A stretch of 44,878 bases of DNA, from NCBI GenBank assembly GCA_050122495.1, contig JASFIU010000001.1:1-44878 (forward strand). Reading direction: 5' to 3'. Position 1 is the stretch's first letter. Every line of letters starts with the position of its first letter. The notes under the pieces were generated by a model. The model did no database searches. It saw only the letters and a program-made list of their open reading frames with translations, and was not told the DNA's origin. Of this stretch, positions 43,227-44,878 are shown piece by piece. The position numbers and the translations under genes were made by a program. The stretch comes from Desulfobacterales bacterium. Lineage in GTDB: Bacteria > Desulfobacterota > Desulfobacteria > Desulfobacterales > JAHEIW01.

Positions 43227-44009
43227 TCACAGGAATTCAGCCGGCGGCGCGATTTCCACATCCGCTTCCTCCAGAGACTTGCGGATATTCCTAACCAGCT
43301 CCAAGGCCGCCGGGTTGTCGCCGTGCACGCAAATGGTTTCCGCGGCAAGTTCGATTTCGGTTCCATCGATGCAAACGACCCTGCCCTCTTTGACCATTTT
43401 CAAAACCTTTTCAGCGACCCGTTCATGATCGTGAATTACAGCTCCCGGCAATCTGCGGGAAACCAGCGTTCCGTCAGGATTATAGGCCCGGTCGCCGAAA
43501 AATTCAAATGCCATGCGGATTCCGTGCCGAATGCCAATCGCCTCCAGCTCTTGACGCCAGGGCCCGGCCATCACAAATAAAACCAGTTGCGAATCAACGG
43601 CGGCAATGACTTCCGCAACGGCATCCCAGATTGTTAAATCTTCAGTTGCCATATTGTAAAGCGCGCCATGGGGCTTAACATGCTGCAAGGCCGTTCCCTG
43701 GGCGGCGGCAAAGGCCTGCAGGGCTCCCACCTGATAAGTAACATAAGCTTTGATTTCATCCAATGAAATGTCCATTTTTCGTCGTCCAAAGCCCATCAAA
43801 TCCGGAAATCCCGGATGGGCGCCGGGTACCACGCCATGTTCCTTGGCCAGCGCAATGGTGCGTTTCATAACGATGGGGTCGCCGGCATGAAAACCGCAGG
43901 CAATATTGGCTGAGCTGATCAAGGGAAAGATCTTTTCATCCAACCCCAGCCGGTAATTTCCGAAGCTCTCTCCCACGTCGGAATTCAAATCGATTTTGTT
44001 AACCGCCAT
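43227..44009 (-). CDS. pxpA: 5-oxoprolinase subunit A (PxpA; LamB/YcsF family)
   Basis: ATG 44009 follows GGAGGT. The hallmark N-terminus is IDLNSDVGESFG. ACGFHAGDP and KPHGALYN are present. Confidence 0.9.
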   Translation of the reverse strand: MAVNKIDLNSDVGESFGNYRLGLDEKIFPLISSANIACGFHAGDPIVMKRTIALAKEHGVVPGAHPGFPDLMGFGRRKMDISLDEIKAYVTYQVGALQAFAAAQGTALQHVKPHGALYNMATEDLTIWDAVAEVIAAVDSQLVLFVMAGPWRQELEAIGIRHGIRMAFEFFGDRAYNPDGTLVSRRLPGAVIHDHERVAEKVLKMVKEGRVVCIDGTEIELAAETICVHGDNPAALELVRNIRKSLEEADVEIAPPAEFL

Positions 44010-44100
44010 CGCTTTACCTCCCCATCTGCTCAATTTTAGCGTAATGAAAACAAACCCGAACCGACCTTTCTATGCCATATAAAAGGGTACATTACAAAAT

Positions 44101-44131
44101 AAAAAAGGGGATAGGCTTTTGCCTGTCCCCT
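44101..44131 (-). terminator. Intrinsic terminator after rpsI (sequence is symmetric enough to act on both strands)
   Basis: An 11-bp stem pairs AGGGGATAGGC (44106-44116) with GCCTGTCCCCT (44121-44131), including one G.U pair. The loop is TTTT. It is flanked by A6 (44101-44106) and T5 (44131-44135). Confidence 0.7.
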
Positions 44132-44155
44132 TTTTGGATTTTAAAATAACGTATT

Positions 44156-44551
44156 TTAGCGTTTGGAGAATTGGAATCGTGCCCGGGCGCCCCTTTGGCC
44201 GTATTTTTTTCTCTCTTTGACCCGCGGATCACGTTTAACAAAACCGGCTTTCTTCAATGGCATTCTCAGGTCCGGGTCCGCCAGGATAAGCGCTTTGGTA
44301 ATGCCGTGCCGCACCGCCCCCGCCTGGCCGGAAATACCCCCGCCATGGACATTGACTTTCACGTTGTAGGTATCGATGGTATTGGTTAGCTTGAAAGGTT
44401 CGGTCAGATCCGACCGCAGCGTCTCGGTTGGAAAATAATCTTCCACGGGACGATTGTTTATCGTGATTTCGCCGGTCCCGGGCTCCAGCCAGGTTCTGGC
44501 AATCGCATTTTTTCTTTTTCCGGTTGCGTAATAAAGATTTTCTTTTGGCAT
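44156..44551 (-). CDS. rpsI: 30S ribosomal protein S9
   Basis: Motifs are YYATGKRKNAIAR, GGGISGQAGAVRHGITKAL and the C-terminal KYGQRGARARFQFSKR. Confidence 0.95.
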   Translation of the reverse strand: MPKENLYYATGKRKNAIARTWLEPGTGEITINNRPVEDYFPTETLRSDLTEPFKLTNTIDTYNVKVNVHGGGISGQAGAVRHGITKALILADPDLRMPLKKAGFVKRDPRVKERKKYGQRGARARFQFSKR

Positions 44552-44589
44552 CGAGTTCCTCAGTTAATTAAATGAATATTTCGGGTTCT

Positions 44590-44878
44590 TTAGGAAATTG
44601 GCAAAACCTCGGGCTTCTGGGCTTCGTGCGGATGCTTTTCACCGGCGTACACTTTCAGCTTTTTAAATAGCTTCCGCCCAAGTTTGTTTTTGGGCAGCAT
44701 GCCCTTAACCGCCAGGCGAACGAGCTCTTCCGGTTTTTTCTCCAAAAGTTCCTTGGCATTCGTTTGCTTAAGGCCGCCGATATAGCCGCTGTGACGATAA
44801 TAGATTTTCTGGTCCATTTTTCGGCCGGTCAAAACGATTTTGTCGGCATTTATGACAATCACCCAATCACCGGTATCG
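44590..44878 (-). CDS. rplM: 50S ribosomal protein L13 (partial; N-terminus beyond window end)
   Basis: The reading frame stays open to the window edge (..[32 protein letters not shown]). It lies immediately upstream of rpsI, as in the conserved rplM-rpsI operon. Confidence 0.9.
   Translation of the reverse strand, partial: DTGDWVIVINADKIVLTGRKMDQKIYYRHSGYIGGLKQTNAKELLEKKPEELVRLAVKGMLPKNKLGRKLFKKLKVYAGEKHPHEAQKPEVLPIS

Noticed and set aside
43220-43366. The N-terminal extension of pxpB (track ORF 42533-43366).
   Set aside because: The extension overlaps the 3' end of pxpA and translates to an Arg/Trp/Ser-rich non-homologous peptide. ATG 43219 gives the canonical MLYDKP... start, 8 nt after the pxpA stop.

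Overview
The window is a gene-dense chromosomal segment of mostly housekeeping and metabolic genes. The gene content (tungsten-type aldehyde:ferredoxin oxidoreductase, Sec-containing SelD, citramalate-route isoleucine genes, sigma54-type pilin promoter) suggests an anaerobic deltaproteobacterium/Desulfobacterota; that taxonomic guess is inference only.

Gene order:
- dprA (5' partial), topA
- a BCAA operon, ilvB-ilvN-ilvC-cimA-leuA, preceded by a Leu/Ile/Val-rich leader peptide and an intrinsic terminator
- pyrD, a probably truncated B12-binding radical SAM gene, dus
- a PfkB kinase and a CDP-alcohol phosphatidyltransferase, a 3-hydroxyacyl-CoA dehydrogenase, an ABM protein
- selD, whose in-frame UGA (Sec) was missed by the ORF track, then AOR
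- two small ORFs, mrp/apbC, an orphan GspG-like pseudopilin
- TM2, DUF2784, PAP2, a retropepsin-like protease, a PlsB-like acyltransferase
- an Opp/Dpp-type peptide ABC importer, an M24 prolidase, hyuA/hyuB, pxpCBA
- rpsI and rplM (partial)

I found no rRNA, tRNA, CRISPR array, transposase or recognisable defence genes.

The most unusual signal lies in the spacers, not in the proteins. Almost every long intergenic or intercistronic gap holds a long imperfect palindrome. Eight of these palindromes have arms made of 4-5 tandem 7-nt units. Four different heptamer 'alphabets' share this geometry. Modules are shared between loci. I cannot assign them to a known element class from sequence alone.
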